Assembly (NCBI GenBank): GCA_965216755.1
Contig: CBDCGL010000011.1
Coordinates: forward strand, 3,744,001-3,808,000
Length of the DNA stretch: 64,000 nt
From: Alphaproteobacteria bacterium
GTDB taxonomy: Bacteria; Pseudomonadota; Alphaproteobacteria; UBA7887
Reading direction: 5' to 3'
Within the stretch, counting starts at the first letter, position 1, and every line of letters begins with the position of its first letter. Below, piece after piece: positions 9,942-19,871 of the stretch. A model generated the notes under the pieces. The model saw only the letters and a program-made list of their open reading frames with translations, had not been told where the DNA came from and searched no databases. A program made the position numbers and the translations under genes.

Positions 9942-10946
9942 CTACCGGTAGGGGTCATCGGTGGCCAAATAATCACCGACATATTTGGCGACACCGTCTT
10001 CAAGGCTGGTAAAGGGGCGTGCATAGCCGGCGGCCCGCAGGCGCTTCAGGCTTGCTTCCGTAAAATATTGATAATGTTCTCGAATCTGTTCGGGCATGGG
10101 GATATAGGCGATTTGGGACGGCTGTCCGATGGCAGCTGACAAAGCGCGCGCCAGGTCGTTGAAGCTGCGCGCCGCGCCCGTGCCGACGTTAAACAATCCG
10201 GACACATCAGGGTGTTCGTACAGCCACAGCATGACGTCGACGCAATCGTCCACATAGACAAAGTCGCGCTGCTGGGCGCCGTCATTGACGCCATCCCGAT
10301 ATGATTTGAACAATGTGATCGGCTGGCCGTCGCGGGCCAGTGGGAACTTGTGCGCGACGACGCTTTTCATCTGGCCTTTGTGGTATTCGTTCGGGCCGTA
10401 AACGTTGAAGAATTTCAGCCCCGCCCATTGTGGCGGCCGGGTGTTTTCATGCATCGCCCAACGGGCCGCCTGCTGGTCGAACGCATGCTTGGTCCAGCCA
10501 TAGGGGTTGCGCGGCCGCAACCGCGCCAATGCGGCCGGCGACCCATTATCGTCGAAGCCGCGGCCGCCGTCGCCATAGGTCGCGGCACTGGATGCGTAGA
10601 TCAGGCGGACGCCGAACTCCGTGCATATGCGCCACAAGGCGACGCTGGCAGCGAAGTTTTGGCCGACAACAAGATCAACGTCGGTTTCAGTGGTGGCCGA
10701 GTTGGCACCTAAATGAAATACCGCCGACAGTCGGCCCCAGCGACTATCGGCGCGGACATGCTCGCGCAAATACGAAATGACGCCATCCGGTGGGACAATA
10801 TCGGCAATTGCATGTTTGGCGACATTTCGCCATTTGTCGCTGCGACCGAAGTTATCGCAGACGACCACCGGTTCGTCCGCCCGCGCACACAGCGCCGCGA
10901 CCAGGTTGGAACCAATAAATCCGGCTCCGCCGGTGACCAATATCAT
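9942..10946 (-). CDS. hldD: ADP-L-glycero-D-manno-heptose 6-epimerase
   Basis: MILVTGGAGFIGSNLV, YASSAATYG, FFNVYGPNEYHKG, RDFVYVDD, YQYFTEA. Confidence 0.93.
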   Translation of the reverse strand: MILVTGGAGFIGSNLVAALCARADEPVVVCDNFGRSDKWRNVAKHAIADIVPPDGVISYLREHVRADSRWGRLSAVFHLGANSATTETDVDLVVGQNFAASVALWRICTEFGVRLIYASSAATYGDGGRGFDDNGSPAALARLRPRNPYGWTKHAFDQQAARWAMHENTRPPQWAGLKFFNVYGPNEYHKGQMKSVVAHKFPLARDGQPITLFKSYRDGVNDGAQQRDFVYVDDCVDVMLWLYEHPDVSGLFNVGTGAARSFNDLARALSAAIGQPSQIAYIPMPEQIREHYQYFTEASLKRLRAAGYARPFTSLEDGVAKYVGDYLATDDPYR

Positions 10947-11100
10947 GGTCAGGGGTATAAAGCGGTGTCCCAACCGCGGCAAGCAATTGCGCCGAAGTGT
11001 GCCGATCACCACCTATGGGGGAAGTTACCCCGAGGCAGAGCCAGGTGCCTCCGAGAACATGCTAACGCGCGCGGATGCGCGCCAAACGAGGCCGGGAAAG

Positions 11101-11418
11101 ATGGATCGAGACAATCGTTTTTTTGATGACTTCGCCAAAGTCGCAGAGGGAGCCATGTCGTCTTTATCGGCCCTGCGCGATGAGGCCGAAGTACGGATGC
11201 GCGGCCAAGTTGAGCGCTTCTTGGAAGGCATGGACATGGTGCGGCGCGATGAATTTGAGGCGGTCCGCGAAATGGCGGTCAAGGCGCGGGCAGAGAACGA
11301 GGCGCTGTCGGGCCGTATTGCCGCGCTTGAAACCGCGCTGCGCGCGGCGGGCGCTAGCGAATCGGACTCAGGCGAAGGATCGCGGGCGTCACCTGATAGC
11401 TCGTCGCACAACGGCTAG
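11101..11418 (+). CDS. Accessory factor UbiK (BMFP) family protein
   Basis: NRFFDDFAKV...MDMVRRDEFEAVREMAVKARAENEAL coiled coil. Confidence 0.88.
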   Translation: MDRDNRFFDDFAKVAEGAMSSLSALRDEAEVRMRGQVERFLEGMDMVRRDEFEAVREMAVKARAENEALSGRIAALETALRAAGASESDSGEGSRASPDSSSHNG

Positions 11419-11648
11419 CGGCCTTGCCAAAGAGCGGCATCGGTGGCGAAAAACCGTGCCATTTCTGCCAGATGCGAGGGCATCGCGGGTCATTCGGATT
11501 GACGCGGATCGTGTCATTTCCTTTTCGGACACTACAGCGTATTGTGTGCCAGCTGTCGTGCGAATACTAAATCCATGGTTTGAGCAAGCCATGCGACGAA
11601 TGCCGAAAGGGGCGGCCGAGGACTTCAGCGCCGCAGGAGGATAAGAGC

Positions 11649-12152
11649 ATGGCAACCACAATGACAAGCACCGAAACGACGTCGTTCAACCCGATCGATG
11701 TCATAGAAGAAATTGCCGCGCACAACGATTGGGCGCACGAACGGCAAAGCGATGAAGAACTGGCGTTGCGTGTCACAGGCGCGTGGTGCGAGTACCATCT
11801 TTGGTTCGTCTGGCGTTCGGAAATCGGTGCGCTCTATTTCTCATGTGGGCTGGACATGCGGGTGCCCAAGGAGCGGCGCGAGGCTCTTTACCCCTTGCTG
11901 GCGAAGCTCAATGAACGACTTTGGCTCGGTCATTTTGAGATCTGGTCCGATGAAGGATGGCCAACCTTTCGCCATACAATCTTGGTGCGCGACGTCCACT
12001 CGGTGACGATTCGAATTGTCGAGGATCTGATCGACTGCGGGTTGGCTGAATGCGAACGCTTTTACCCGGCATTTCAGTTTGTCATTTGGGGTGGGCGGAG
12101 CGCCGATGAGGCGATCGAAGCCGCGCTACTGGATACGGTCGGCGAGGCATAG
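11649..12152 (+). CDS. YbjN domain-containing protein
   Basis: NPIDVIE, NERLWLGHFE, ECERFYPAFQFVIW. GGAGG RBS upstream and adjacent to proC. Confidence 0.88.
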   Translation: MATTMTSTETTSFNPIDVIEEIAAHNDWAHERQSDEELALRVTGAWCEYHLWFVWRSEIGALYFSCGLDMRVPKERREALYPLLAKLNERLWLGHFEIWSDEGWPTFRHTILVRDVHSVTIRIVEDLIDCGLAECERFYPAFQFVIWGGRSADEAIEAALLDTVGEA

Positions 12153-12156
12153 AATC

Positions 12157-12978
12157 ATGGCCGTGAATGTCTTGCTGGTTGGCGGCGGCCGCATGGGCAG
12201 CGCTATGCTTGCAGGGTGGCTGTCGCGCGGCATTGTCGGCGCCAATTCGATCATCGTGGTGGAACCACAATCAGATGCGGCGGCGGCGTTGCGTTCGCGG
12301 CAGGCTGTTGTGGTGGTCAATGGCGCGGCCGACGTGGCGGAAGATTTCGACCCGGCAATCGTCGTTTTCGCCGTCAAGCCGCAAGTCATGGCGACCGTGG
12401 TGCCTGACTATCGGGACTGGGTCCGGCCGTCGCGCGTTTTTCTGTCGATCGCCGCCGGAATAACCATCGACTTTCTACAGCAGCGGCTGGCCACCAATGC
12501 CGCGATCGTGCGCAGCATGCCAAACACACCGGCTGCGGTCGGTCGTGGCATCTCGGTCGCATGCCCCAATGGCGCGGTCCGTGCCGACCAGCGGGCCTTG
12601 TGCCAGCAACTTCTGGAATCGGTCGGTGAGGCAGCTTGGTTGGATAACGAGGCGGATCTAGATGCGGTGACCGCCGTATCCGGCAGCGGCCCCGCGTACG
12701 TATTCTTGCTCATTGAGTGCTTAGCTGAGGCTGGCGTTGCGGCGGGCCTGGCACCGGACCTTGCGGCGCGGCTGGCACGCGCTACGGTGATCGGATCTGG
12801 CGAACTGGCGCATCAATCCGAGCTATCGGCGGCGCAGTTGCGCGAGAATGTCACCAGTCCGGGCGGCACCACAGCCGCCGCACTCGAGACTTTGATGGCA
12901 AAAGACGGACTGGCACCGCTCATGGTGCGTGCGGTGAAAGCGGCGGCGGCGCGCAGCCGCGAGCTGGCGGCCGGATGA
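12157..12978 (+). CDS. proC: Pyrroline-5-carboxylate reductase
   Basis: GGGRMG, AVKPQ, RSMPNTP, SGSGPAY, VTSPGGTT. Confidence 0.97.
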   Translation: MAVNVLLVGGGRMGSAMLAGWLSRGIVGANSIIVVEPQSDAAAALRSRQAVVVVNGAADVAEDFDPAIVVFAVKPQVMATVVPDYRDWVRPSRVFLSIAAGITIDFLQQRLATNAAIVRSMPNTPAAVGRGISVACPNGAVRADQRALCQQLLESVGEAAWLDNEADLDAVTAVSGSGPAYVFLLIECLAEAGVAAGLAPDLAARLARATVIGSGELAHQSELSAAQLRENVTSPGGTTAAALETLMAKDGLAPLMVRAVKAAAARSRELAAG

Positions 12979-13027
12979 CCACCGCTTGTCCCTGGCTTGT
13001 GGCGCGGTCCTATGATTCGAAATGGAT

Positions 13028-13894
13028 TTAGATGGCCGCGCGACCAGTGACTTGCGGCACCGCCAAAGCGCGCATCTTGTCCATTGCGCGCGCTTCAATC
13101 TGTCGCACCCGTTCCTTGGAAATGCCGAGTTCACGCCCCAGGCTTTCCAATGTTTGCGAGACGTCCGATAAATAGCGTCGACGAATGATCAACAATTCGC
13201 GGTGCGACAGCGCGGCCAAGGCAGCAGCCGCGGCGCCACGCCGCCGGCGCCGCTCGTCACGCCAAATCAGGCTTTCTTCGGGATTGGCAAGGTCGGTGTG
13301 GGGAGTCGACATCGCACCGCCATCACATTCGGCGTCGCCGGAATCGTCCGCGCCGTTGCGATTACTCAAACTGCCGTCCGGTCCGGCCAGGCGTTGCTCC
13401 ATGCTGCGCACCTCTTTTTCCGGTACGCTGAGCACGCGCGCGATGTGGGCCACCGCCGCATCACTCATCGATTCTCCGGTTTCATTGAGCGCGCTACGCA
13501 ACCGGCGCAAATTGAAGAACAAGGATTTCTGTGCCGCACTGGTCCCGATGCGCACCAGAGACCAGGATCGCATCACATGATCTTGAATTGCTGCTTTGAT
13601 CCACCACATCGCATAGGTCGAAAGGCGTGCGTCGCGATCTGGGTTAAAGCGTTGTAATGCTTGCAGAAGTCCGACGCAGCCCTCTTGCACGAGGTCGGGC
13701 ATGGTCAGGCCCGCGCTTTGGTAACGCTCGGCGATTTTGATCACCAGGCGCAGATGGCTGACCACGAGCCGCGACAGCGCCTCCTTGTCGCCCGAATGGG
13801 CCAAGCGGGCCAAATCGCGCTCTTCGTCGCGCGACAACATCGGTTGTCGTACGGCAAAGCGACGGAACGCACTATCTGAGCCGAGAATGTGCAT
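13028..13894 (-). CDS. RNA polymerase sigma-32 family factor (RpoH2-like)
   Basis: DLVQEGCVGL, STYAMWWI, RpoH box QKSLFFNLR, region 4 ISKERVRQIE. Confidence 0.9.
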   Translation of the reverse strand: MHILGSDSAFRRFAVRQPMLSRDEERDLARLAHSGDKEALSRLVVSHLRLVIKIAERYQSAGLTMPDLVQEGCVGLLQALQRFNPDRDARLSTYAMWWIKAAIQDHVMRSWSLVRIGTSAAQKSLFFNLRRLRSALNETGESMSDAAVAHIARVLSVPEKEVRSMEQRLAGPDGSLSNRNGADDSGDAECDGGAMSTPHTDLANPEESLIWRDERRRRRGAAAAALAALSHRELLIIRRRYLSDVSQTLESLGRELGISKERVRQIEARAMDKMRALAVPQVTGRAAI

Positions 13895-13995
13895 GGTCTA
13901 AAAAACGGTTGTGTCGTCATCAAGCATCGTATCACGATAGCATTGCAGGCGAAGCCGACCTGTCAATGCCGGCGTTGGCCGGGGACGGAGGAACT

Positions 13996-14628
13996 ATGGT
14001 ACGCAAAGCCGATTTGCCCGATCATATTATTGACAAAGCACTAGAATTGGCGGCGCGCGACGGTTGGGGGGGGCTTCGATTGAGCGTGCTCGCCGACGCT
14101 GCGGGAGTCTCTGTGGCGGATGTCTGGCAGACCTATTCATCGAAGTCCGATATTCTGGCCGCCTATGCGGCGCGCCTGGACCAAACGACGCTTGCAGCGG
14201 CGCCCAAGGATCTTGCCGAGCAGCCTGTTCGTGATCGCTTGTTTGATCTGATCATGCGCCGACTCGATGCCATGGCTGAACACAAAGAGGCCGTGCGCAG
14301 CATCGCGCGCGATGTACCGCGCGACCCGATTGGCCTCTGTTGCGCCAGCAAAACATTAGGCCGCTCAATGCGGGCGTTGTTGGCTGGTGCCGGTCTGGCC
14401 TCTGATGGCGTTGCCGGCATGGTGCAGGCCAAAGGCTTGGCGGCAATATATGTTGGGACGCTGCGGGTTTGGATGGGTGATGACAGCGAGGACTCATCGC
14501 GGACCATGGCCGCGCTCGACAAAAGGCTGCGGCGTGCCGACCAAGTCATGGCCGTATTGTGCCGGATTGGTCGCCGGCGGTCCTCGGCCGCGCCCGCCGA
14601 CGCGGAAGAGGCGCCGCAAGCGGGGTAG
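13996..14628 (+). CDS. TetR/AcrR-family regulator-like protein
   Basis: N-terminal HTH-like segment, RDRLFDLIMRR, TMAALDKRL. GGAGG RBS. Confidence 0.8.
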   Translation: MVRKADLPDHIIDKALELAARDGWGGLRLSVLADAAGVSVADVWQTYSSKSDILAAYAARLDQTTLAAAPKDLAEQPVRDRLFDLIMRRLDAMAEHKEAVRSIARDVPRDPIGLCCASKTLGRSMRALLAGAGLASDGVAGMVQAKGLAAIYVGTLRVWMGDDSEDSSRTMAALDKRLRRADQVMAVLCRIGRRRSSAAPADAEEAPQAG

Positions 14629-14684
14629 CGCGGCGTCGGTCATTGCCCATGGCCGACGGCAGAATTTACGTGGAGGAGTAGGAT

Positions 14685-15107
14685 GTGACCGAATCACCTT
14701 TTGACCCGTCAAATTTCGATTTTAGCAAGATGTTCGGCGAAATGGCGTGGCCGAAGCTTGACCCACAGATGTTTGTCAGCGCACAGCGCCGCGCCGTGGA
14801 AGGCATGATCGAGGCCGGCCAACAGATGACCGGCGGTTACGGCAATGTGGCGTTGCGCCAGGTCGATATGCTCAACGCTGTGCTTGGCGCGCTCAAGGAC
14901 GCGCAGGCGGCGATGACAAGCAGTGTCACGCCCCAAGAGGCCGCCGCCAAGCAGATGGAATTGTCGACACAAGCCTTTCAGGAAGCCTTGACGAATATGA
15001 CCGCGCTGGCACAGCAGACGGGTGAGGTCAATCGGCAAGCTGTGGAAACCATTCAGCAACGCTTGCTGGAAAGCCTGGAAGAACTGTCGCAGAGCGGCGG
15101 TACGTAG
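14685..15107 (+). CDS. Phasin family protein
   Basis: Ala/Gln-rich helical protein of phasin size (AQRRAVE...RQ...RLLESLEEL). GGAGGAG RBS. Confidence 0.75.
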   Translation: MTESPFDPSNFDFSKMFGEMAWPKLDPQMFVSAQRRAVEGMIEAGQQMTGGYGNVALRQVDMLNAVLGALKDAQAAMTSSVTPQEAAAKQMELSTQAFQEALTNMTALAQQTGEVNRQAVETIQQRLLESLEELSQSGGT

Positions 15108-15281
15108 CCGCGACCAGGAGAGCCGCCGGAACATGGTGGTCGATCGTATTGAGTGCGACGGCCACGTGCGACCTGCGGTGCGGCCCATCCGGTTAAGAAT
15201 TTGGCAGCGCCCGTCGGCGAAAGTGCCGTCATGGCGTGTAAACCCGTTTCAGATGGCGGTCTCGGCACCGATACGTTGTTG

Positions 15282-15491
15282 ATGTGCCCGCAGTTTGCCG
15301 CGGATGCGATCGGGCTTTTGCAAACGGTTCTGGGAGAAGATCTCAGCGCCGTGTTTCGCGCCCAGCCGATGGCGTTCGAGGCGATCGGGTTCTTGGTCCT
15401 GGCGGTTTTGTTCGGCGGCATGATGGCTTGCACCATCGGTGATGGCGGCGACGGCGGATTTGACGGCGGCGGTTGCGATGGCGGTGATTAA
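15282..15491 (+). CDS. Small hypothetical membrane protein with Gly/Asp-rich tail (start uncertain, possibly 15369)
   Basis: One hydrophobic helix followed by GDGGDGGFDGGGCDGGD; converges on the GST gene. Confidence 0.4.
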   Translation: MCPQFAADAIGLLQTVLGEDLSAVFRAQPMAFEAIGFLVLAVLFGGMMACTIGDGGDGGFDGGGCDGGD

Positions 15492-15497
15492 TATGCT

Positions 15498-16220
15498 TTA
15501 CGCAGGCGCCGGTCGGGCGCGTTGATTATAAAGCAGCTTGCGCCGGCGCGCCTTTTCTTCGTCCGACAATGTCGCCGGGTCTTCGCCAAAGTCGCGGCCG
15601 ACCGCTAAGCCTTTCTGCACGGCCGGACGCGCCGACAGTTCTTCGAACCAACGCTTGAAATATTTGAACTCTTCGATGTCTTGGTCCTGGGCCTGCCAAG
15701 CGACGGTCCAGGGATAGCAAATCATGTCGGCGATCGTGTAGCTGTCACCGGCCACATAGGGCCGATCATAAAGCCGGATATTGAGCACGCCATAAAGCCG
15801 ATTGACCTCGTCGGTAAATCGGCGCAAGGCATAGGACTGATCGCCCTGTTCATCGCCCAATCGCTTGAAGTGGCCGCGTTCGCCGGTTTTCGGGCCTTGG
15901 TTGGCCATTTGCCACATCAGCCACTGATTGACTTCATAACGGCCACGCATGTCTTGGGGATAGAATTGCCCAGCCTTTTCGGCGATGTACATCATGATGG
16001 CGCCGGATTCGAATACGCTGATTGGGTCGCCGCCGCCGGGCGGATCGTGATCAACGATAGCCGGCATACGGTTGTTTGGACAAATTTTTAGAAAGTCGTC
16101 CGCGAATTGGTCGCCACGACCGATGTTGCACGGGATCACTCGATAGGGAAGGTTGCATTCTTCCAGCAATATGGTGACCTTCTTGCCGTTGGGGGTCGGC
16201 CAATAATGCAGATCGATCAT
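15498..16220 (-). CDS. Glutathione S-transferase (YfcG/YghU-like)
   Basis: MIDLHYWPTPNGKK, PNNRMPAI, FESGAI, TIADM. Confidence 0.93.
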   Translation of the reverse strand: MIDLHYWPTPNGKKVTILLEECNLPYRVIPCNIGRGDQFADDFLKICPNNRMPAIVDHDPPGGGDPISVFESGAIMMYIAEKAGQFYPQDMRGRYEVNQWLMWQMANQGPKTGERGHFKRLGDEQGDQSYALRRFTDEVNRLYGVLNIRLYDRPYVAGDSYTIADMICYPWTVAWQAQDQDIEEFKYFKRWFEELSARPAVQKGLAVGRDFGEDPATLSDEEKARRRKLLYNQRARPAPA

Positions 16221-16263
16221 TTGACGTCTCCGATGTGAAAGCGGCCGGCCCAGGGCCGCGACG

Positions 16264-17028
16264 TTAATCGCAGCGCAGCTCCACCGCACCAAACGGGTCA
16301 AAGACCGTGTGCACGTGATCGCCGCGCGCGAGCGCGTACTGTTTGGTAAAAGATCCAGACATGATGAGATCGCCGGCGCGCAGCGCGTGGTCATGGGCGT
16401 TGAGTGCACCGGCCAGCCAAACCACCGCGTTGATCGGGTTGCCCAACACTTCGGCGCCGGTGGCGCGTTCCTGCGCGACGCCATTGACCTCCACGCACAC
16501 GGTCGTTTCAGCCAGATCGACGTCGGCGTCCAGTAGCGAGAATTCGCCGACCACAAAATGACGTTGTTGGGCATTGCCGGCCATGGCGAGCGGAAAATCC
16601 TGTCCGAACACACCACGCTTTTCGACGATTTCCAACGCCGGTGCGACGCCGGCGATGGCCGCGCGGGCTTGGTCGAAATTGATCGCGGCGCCGTCGAGAT
16701 CGTGGCCAAGACGCAGGCACAATTCGTTCTCAAATCCCGGCGCGATCATTTCCTCGAAGTGAAGTTGGGCCGGTGACTCGCGCTGCCCCGATGCCAGCAG
16801 ATGACCGAAACACGGTTCATGAACGCCTTGTTGCGCCTGCATGGCTTGTGACGTGAGGCCAACTTTCCAGCCAACCGCACATTCGCCATCCGCTTCGCGC
16901 AAGGCCAGCAGCTCAAATTGCGCGCGGTAGGCGTTCGGCAAGTCGAGCTGGCCGTGCGCCGCGTCCGGAAACATGGCGCCGCGTCTGTAGGCGTCATGGA
17001 TAAGCTTGGCAATGTCCTGATGCCGCAT
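16264..17028 (-). CDS. 2-keto-4-pentenoate hydratase / FAH family protein
   Basis: AYRAQ, GWKVGLTS, ENEL, GNPINAVVWL, SGSFT. Confidence 0.88.
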   Translation of the reverse strand: MRHQDIAKLIHDAYRRGAMFPDAAHGQLDLPNAYRAQFELLALREADGECAVGWKVGLTSQAMQAQQGVHEPCFGHLLASGQRESPAQLHFEEMIAPGFENELCLRLGHDLDGAAINFDQARAAIAGVAPALEIVEKRGVFGQDFPLAMAGNAQQRHFVVGEFSLLDADVDLAETTVCVEVNGVAQERATGAEVLGNPINAVVWLAGALNAHDHALRAGDLIMSGSFTKQYALARGDHVHTVFDPFGAVELRCD

Positions 17029-17146
17029 GCCGACCTTCCGTTTCTGACCAAGACGATGTCCGCATCATATCGAAACCGGCCACGCAAAGGGACGCGTTTG
17101 CCACGCACCTTGCCAGCGGAATGGTTCAATATGGTCGGCAAGTGCG

Positions 17147-18508
17147 TCAGATCGGCAGTTTTAGCGCCGCGCGCAAGCCACCCATGGGCGAGTCACCCAA
17201 TATCAGGTCACCACCATGATTGCGGACCACATCGCGGGCGATGCTTAGACCCAAGCCGATTCCGCCGGTTTCCACATTGCGCGAGGCGTCCAGGCGGTAA
17301 AATGGTTTGAACACCGACTCGCGTTGGTTGACGGGAATACCGGGCCCATCATCGTCCACTGAGATCGTCACGAAGCCATTTTGTTGCTCGGCGCCAACGC
17401 GCACATGTGTGCCATGGCGGGTGGCGTTCTCGACCAAGTTTGTCAATGCCCGCTTTACCGCATTGCGGCGTACAGTCACCGTGGCGCGGTCGCACCCCGC
17501 CACGTCGACAAGGGCGCCATTGCGGCGCGCGCCCACCACGACTTCGTCGACGACGTCGGCAATCTTTACCGCGACCGGCAATTCGGTGCCTTCGCCGCGC
17601 GCGAACGCCAGATAACCATCGACCATTTTCTGCATTTCAGCGGCATCGGCTTTCAGGTCGCGCACCGCGTCGCTGTCGGGCAACATGGCGAGTTGCAGCT
17701 TCATTCGCGTTAAGGGCGTGCGCAGGTCATGGCTGACACCGGCCAGCATTTCCGTGCGCTGCGAAATCTGTCGCTGAATCCGTTCGCGCATACGCAAGAA
17801 CGCGTTCGCGGCCTGACGCACTTCGCGCGCGCCGGATGGTTTGAAGTCGACCACCTGGATGCCCTTGCCAAAGCTTTCGGCGGCGTCGGCCAGGCGACGA
17901 ATCGGTTGGACTTGGCGGCTGAGAAAATAAATTGCGGTCGCCAACAAAATCACGGAAGTGCCGACCATCCACAATATGAAAACGTGAATTGTGGAGCTGA
18001 ACAATCGCTTGCGCGGCACCGACGCGAACAGCACGCCACCCGGTAGTTCGATCCATACCTTAACCAATGTGGGCTCGGACTGGGTATCGAAATAGAAGGG
18101 GTAGGGAATACGTTCCGGCAGCACGCGCAACAACGTTTTATCGACCGATCCAGACGGCGCGTGCGGCGGTGTCTCGGCCATCTGGTGGTTCGATTGGAAC
18201 ATCGCCGACAATTGTTGATTCTCACGCACTTGTTCGAGCAGCCAGTAGAACTCGGGTCCGGTACCGAACTCCTCTAGCGCTTCGATAACGACTGCCACGT
18301 CGCTGGCGAAACCCAGCGCCAGCCGCCGACCAACATCGGCCCAATGGCGATTGTAGAACACGTACGCCGATATGGCCTGCAATAGGATGATCGGTACCAT
18401 CACGATCAGGAGTGAGCGACCGAATAAAGAGGTTGGCAACAATCGGCGCTGCGGTGCGGCCGTGGGGCCGTCGGTCAGGCTGGTAGCGTGTGGCCGCTGG
18501 GCGGTCAT
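17147..18508 (-). CDS. EnvZ-like HAMP sensor histidine kinase
   Basis: Two TM segments, HAMP domain, H-box SHDLRTPLTR, N box, DDGPGI, GIGLGL. Confidence 0.95.
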   Translation of the reverse strand: MTAQRPHATSLTDGPTAAPQRRLLPTSLFGRSLLIVMVPIILLQAISAYVFYNRHWADVGRRLALGFASDVAVVIEALEEFGTGPEFYWLLEQVRENQQLSAMFQSNHQMAETPPHAPSGSVDKTLLRVLPERIPYPFYFDTQSEPTLVKVWIELPGGVLFASVPRKRLFSSTIHVFILWMVGTSVILLATAIYFLSRQVQPIRRLADAAESFGKGIQVVDFKPSGAREVRQAANAFLRMRERIQRQISQRTEMLAGVSHDLRTPLTRMKLQLAMLPDSDAVRDLKADAAEMQKMVDGYLAFARGEGTELPVAVKIADVVDEVVVGARRNGALVDVAGCDRATVTVRRNAVKRALTNLVENATRHGTHVRVGAEQQNGFVTISVDDDGPGIPVNQRESVFKPFYRLDASRNVETGGIGLGLSIARDVVRNHGGDLILGDSPMGGLRAALKLPI

Positions 18509-19185
18509 GTCGTGCGCAGGGCGTAGCCGGCGCCGCGGACGGTGATCAAATAGCGGGGATCTTTCGGATCGCGCTCGATCTTCCGGCGCAAGCGGGTGAT
18601 TTGTACGTCGACCGCTCGTGCAGCGACTTGTGGCTGGGCGCCGAGCTGTTCGCGGCTGAGCACGGCCCCCGGTGCCCGGGTGAGCATGCTCAACAAAGTT
18701 GTTTCACTGGCGGTCAGGTTGACAGGCGCGCCGCCCTGGCGCAGTTCGCCACGTGCGCGGTCGAATTCAAATGCACCGAAGCGGACAATGTCGACGACCG
18801 GTGGACTGGCATGGCGCCGCATAATGTTATTCAGACGCAGCACCAGCTCGCGCGGCTCGAAAGGTTTGCCGAGATAGTCGTCGGCACCCTGTTCCAACCC
18901 GGCGACGCGATGCTCTGCCTCGTCCATCGCGGTCAACAGCAAGATCGGCACGGCGCCTGTTTCTTTGATCGCGGCGGTGAGTTGCAACCCATCCTCGCCC
19001 GGCATCATGACGTCCAGCACCAAAGCGTCGAAATGCAAATTGGCCAGTTTGGCGCGCGCGTCACCGGAGTTGGCGGCCGTGGTCACCAAAAATCCATGGT
19101 CGGCCAGAAATCGGCGCAACAGCTCGCGCAAGCGCTTGTCGTCGTCGACCACCAGCACATGCGGCGCCTCGCCTTCGTTGGTCAT
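18505..19185 (-). CDS. OmpR-family response regulator (PetR-like)
   Basis: VVDDD, LDVMMPG, GADDYLGKPF, winged helix VDVQITRLRRK. Confidence 0.95.
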   Translation of the reverse strand: MTNEGEAPHVLVVDDDKRLRELLRRFLADHGFLVTTAANSGDARAKLANLHFDALVLDVMMPGEDGLQLTAAIKETGAVPILLLTAMDEAEHRVAGLEQGADDYLGKPFEPRELVLRLNNIMRRHASPPVVDIVRFGAFEFDRARGELRQGGAPVNLTASETTLLSMLTRAPGAVLSREQLGAQPQVAARAVDVQITRLRRKIERDPKDPRYLITVRGAGYALRTT

Positions 19186-19308
19186 GTCCACGGTTCGGAC
19201 CATAACCAACAGTATATCGTGGGTGACCATGAACTGGCCAAGCGCCGGCGCGCAAATGACCCGGATGCTCGGGCGGATGCGTGTGCCGCGCCCGAAGCCG
19301 TCATGAAA

Positions 19309-19782
19309 TTAAAGGCGACGTCGGTCGCTGTCCTCCATTAGGCTCAGCATGACGGCACGAAAGCCGTTGACCGCATCGCCACCGGCGGCGCCGTAGGCGC
19401 GGGCGATTCGCGTTCGCTGCGCGGCCGAAAGGCGTCGTTCCAAAGCGCGCCCCTTTTCCGTTAGGTGCAGTAGGCGTTGTCGGCGGTCGCGCGTGCCCTT
19501 TTCTTGGGCGACATATTCCTGTTCGACAAGTTGTCCCAACACGCGGCTCAGGCTTTGCTTGGTGATCTTCAATATGTCCAGCAGTGCCGCCACTGAAATG
19601 CCCGGATTGCGGCCGACAAAGTAGATGACTCGGTGGTGGGCCCGGCCGAGTCCGAGAGGTGCCAGCATGGCATCGCATTCGCCGGTGAAGTCGCGATAAG
19701 CGAAATACAGCATCTCAATACCCTGATTGAGTTCCTCTTCGCGGAGGAACAAAGGGCTGATTCCCGATTTTATGTCAGTCAT
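19309..19782 (-). CDS. MarR-family regulator (PetP-like)
   Basis: GRAHHR, ITKQSLSRVL, DRRQRLL. Confidence 0.92.
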   Translation of the reverse strand: MTDIKSGISPLFLREEELNQGIEMLYFAYRDFTGECDAMLAPLGLGRAHHRVIYFVGRNPGISVAALLDILKITKQSLSRVLGQLVEQEYVAQEKGTRDRRQRLLHLTEKGRALERRLSAAQRTRIARAYGAAGGDAVNGFRAVMLSLMEDSDRRRL

Positions 19783-19791
19783 GTTGACATA
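19771..19791. promoter_or_regulatory. Palindromic operator overlapping the MarR start codon and the divergent ilvE promoter region
   Basis: Perfect 7-7-7 inverted repeat TATGTCA-gtcatgt-TGACATA. Confidence 0.55.
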
Positions 19792-19871
19792 TATGAACGC
19801 CGATGCTAGTCAACGCAACCTTTCTCTTGCACAATTGGGTGTCGAGTTTCCGCGAGAAGATCGGACTGATC

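Noticed and set aside
11529-11547. NrdR-box-like ACACTACAGCGTATTGTGT upstream of ybjN
   Set aside because: It is 3 nt longer than the 16-bp consensus and no nrd gene is nearby.
15498-16733. 411-aa GST fusion in the ORF track
   Set aside because: The N-terminal extension is an alternate frame of the hydratase gene. The GST starts at 16220.
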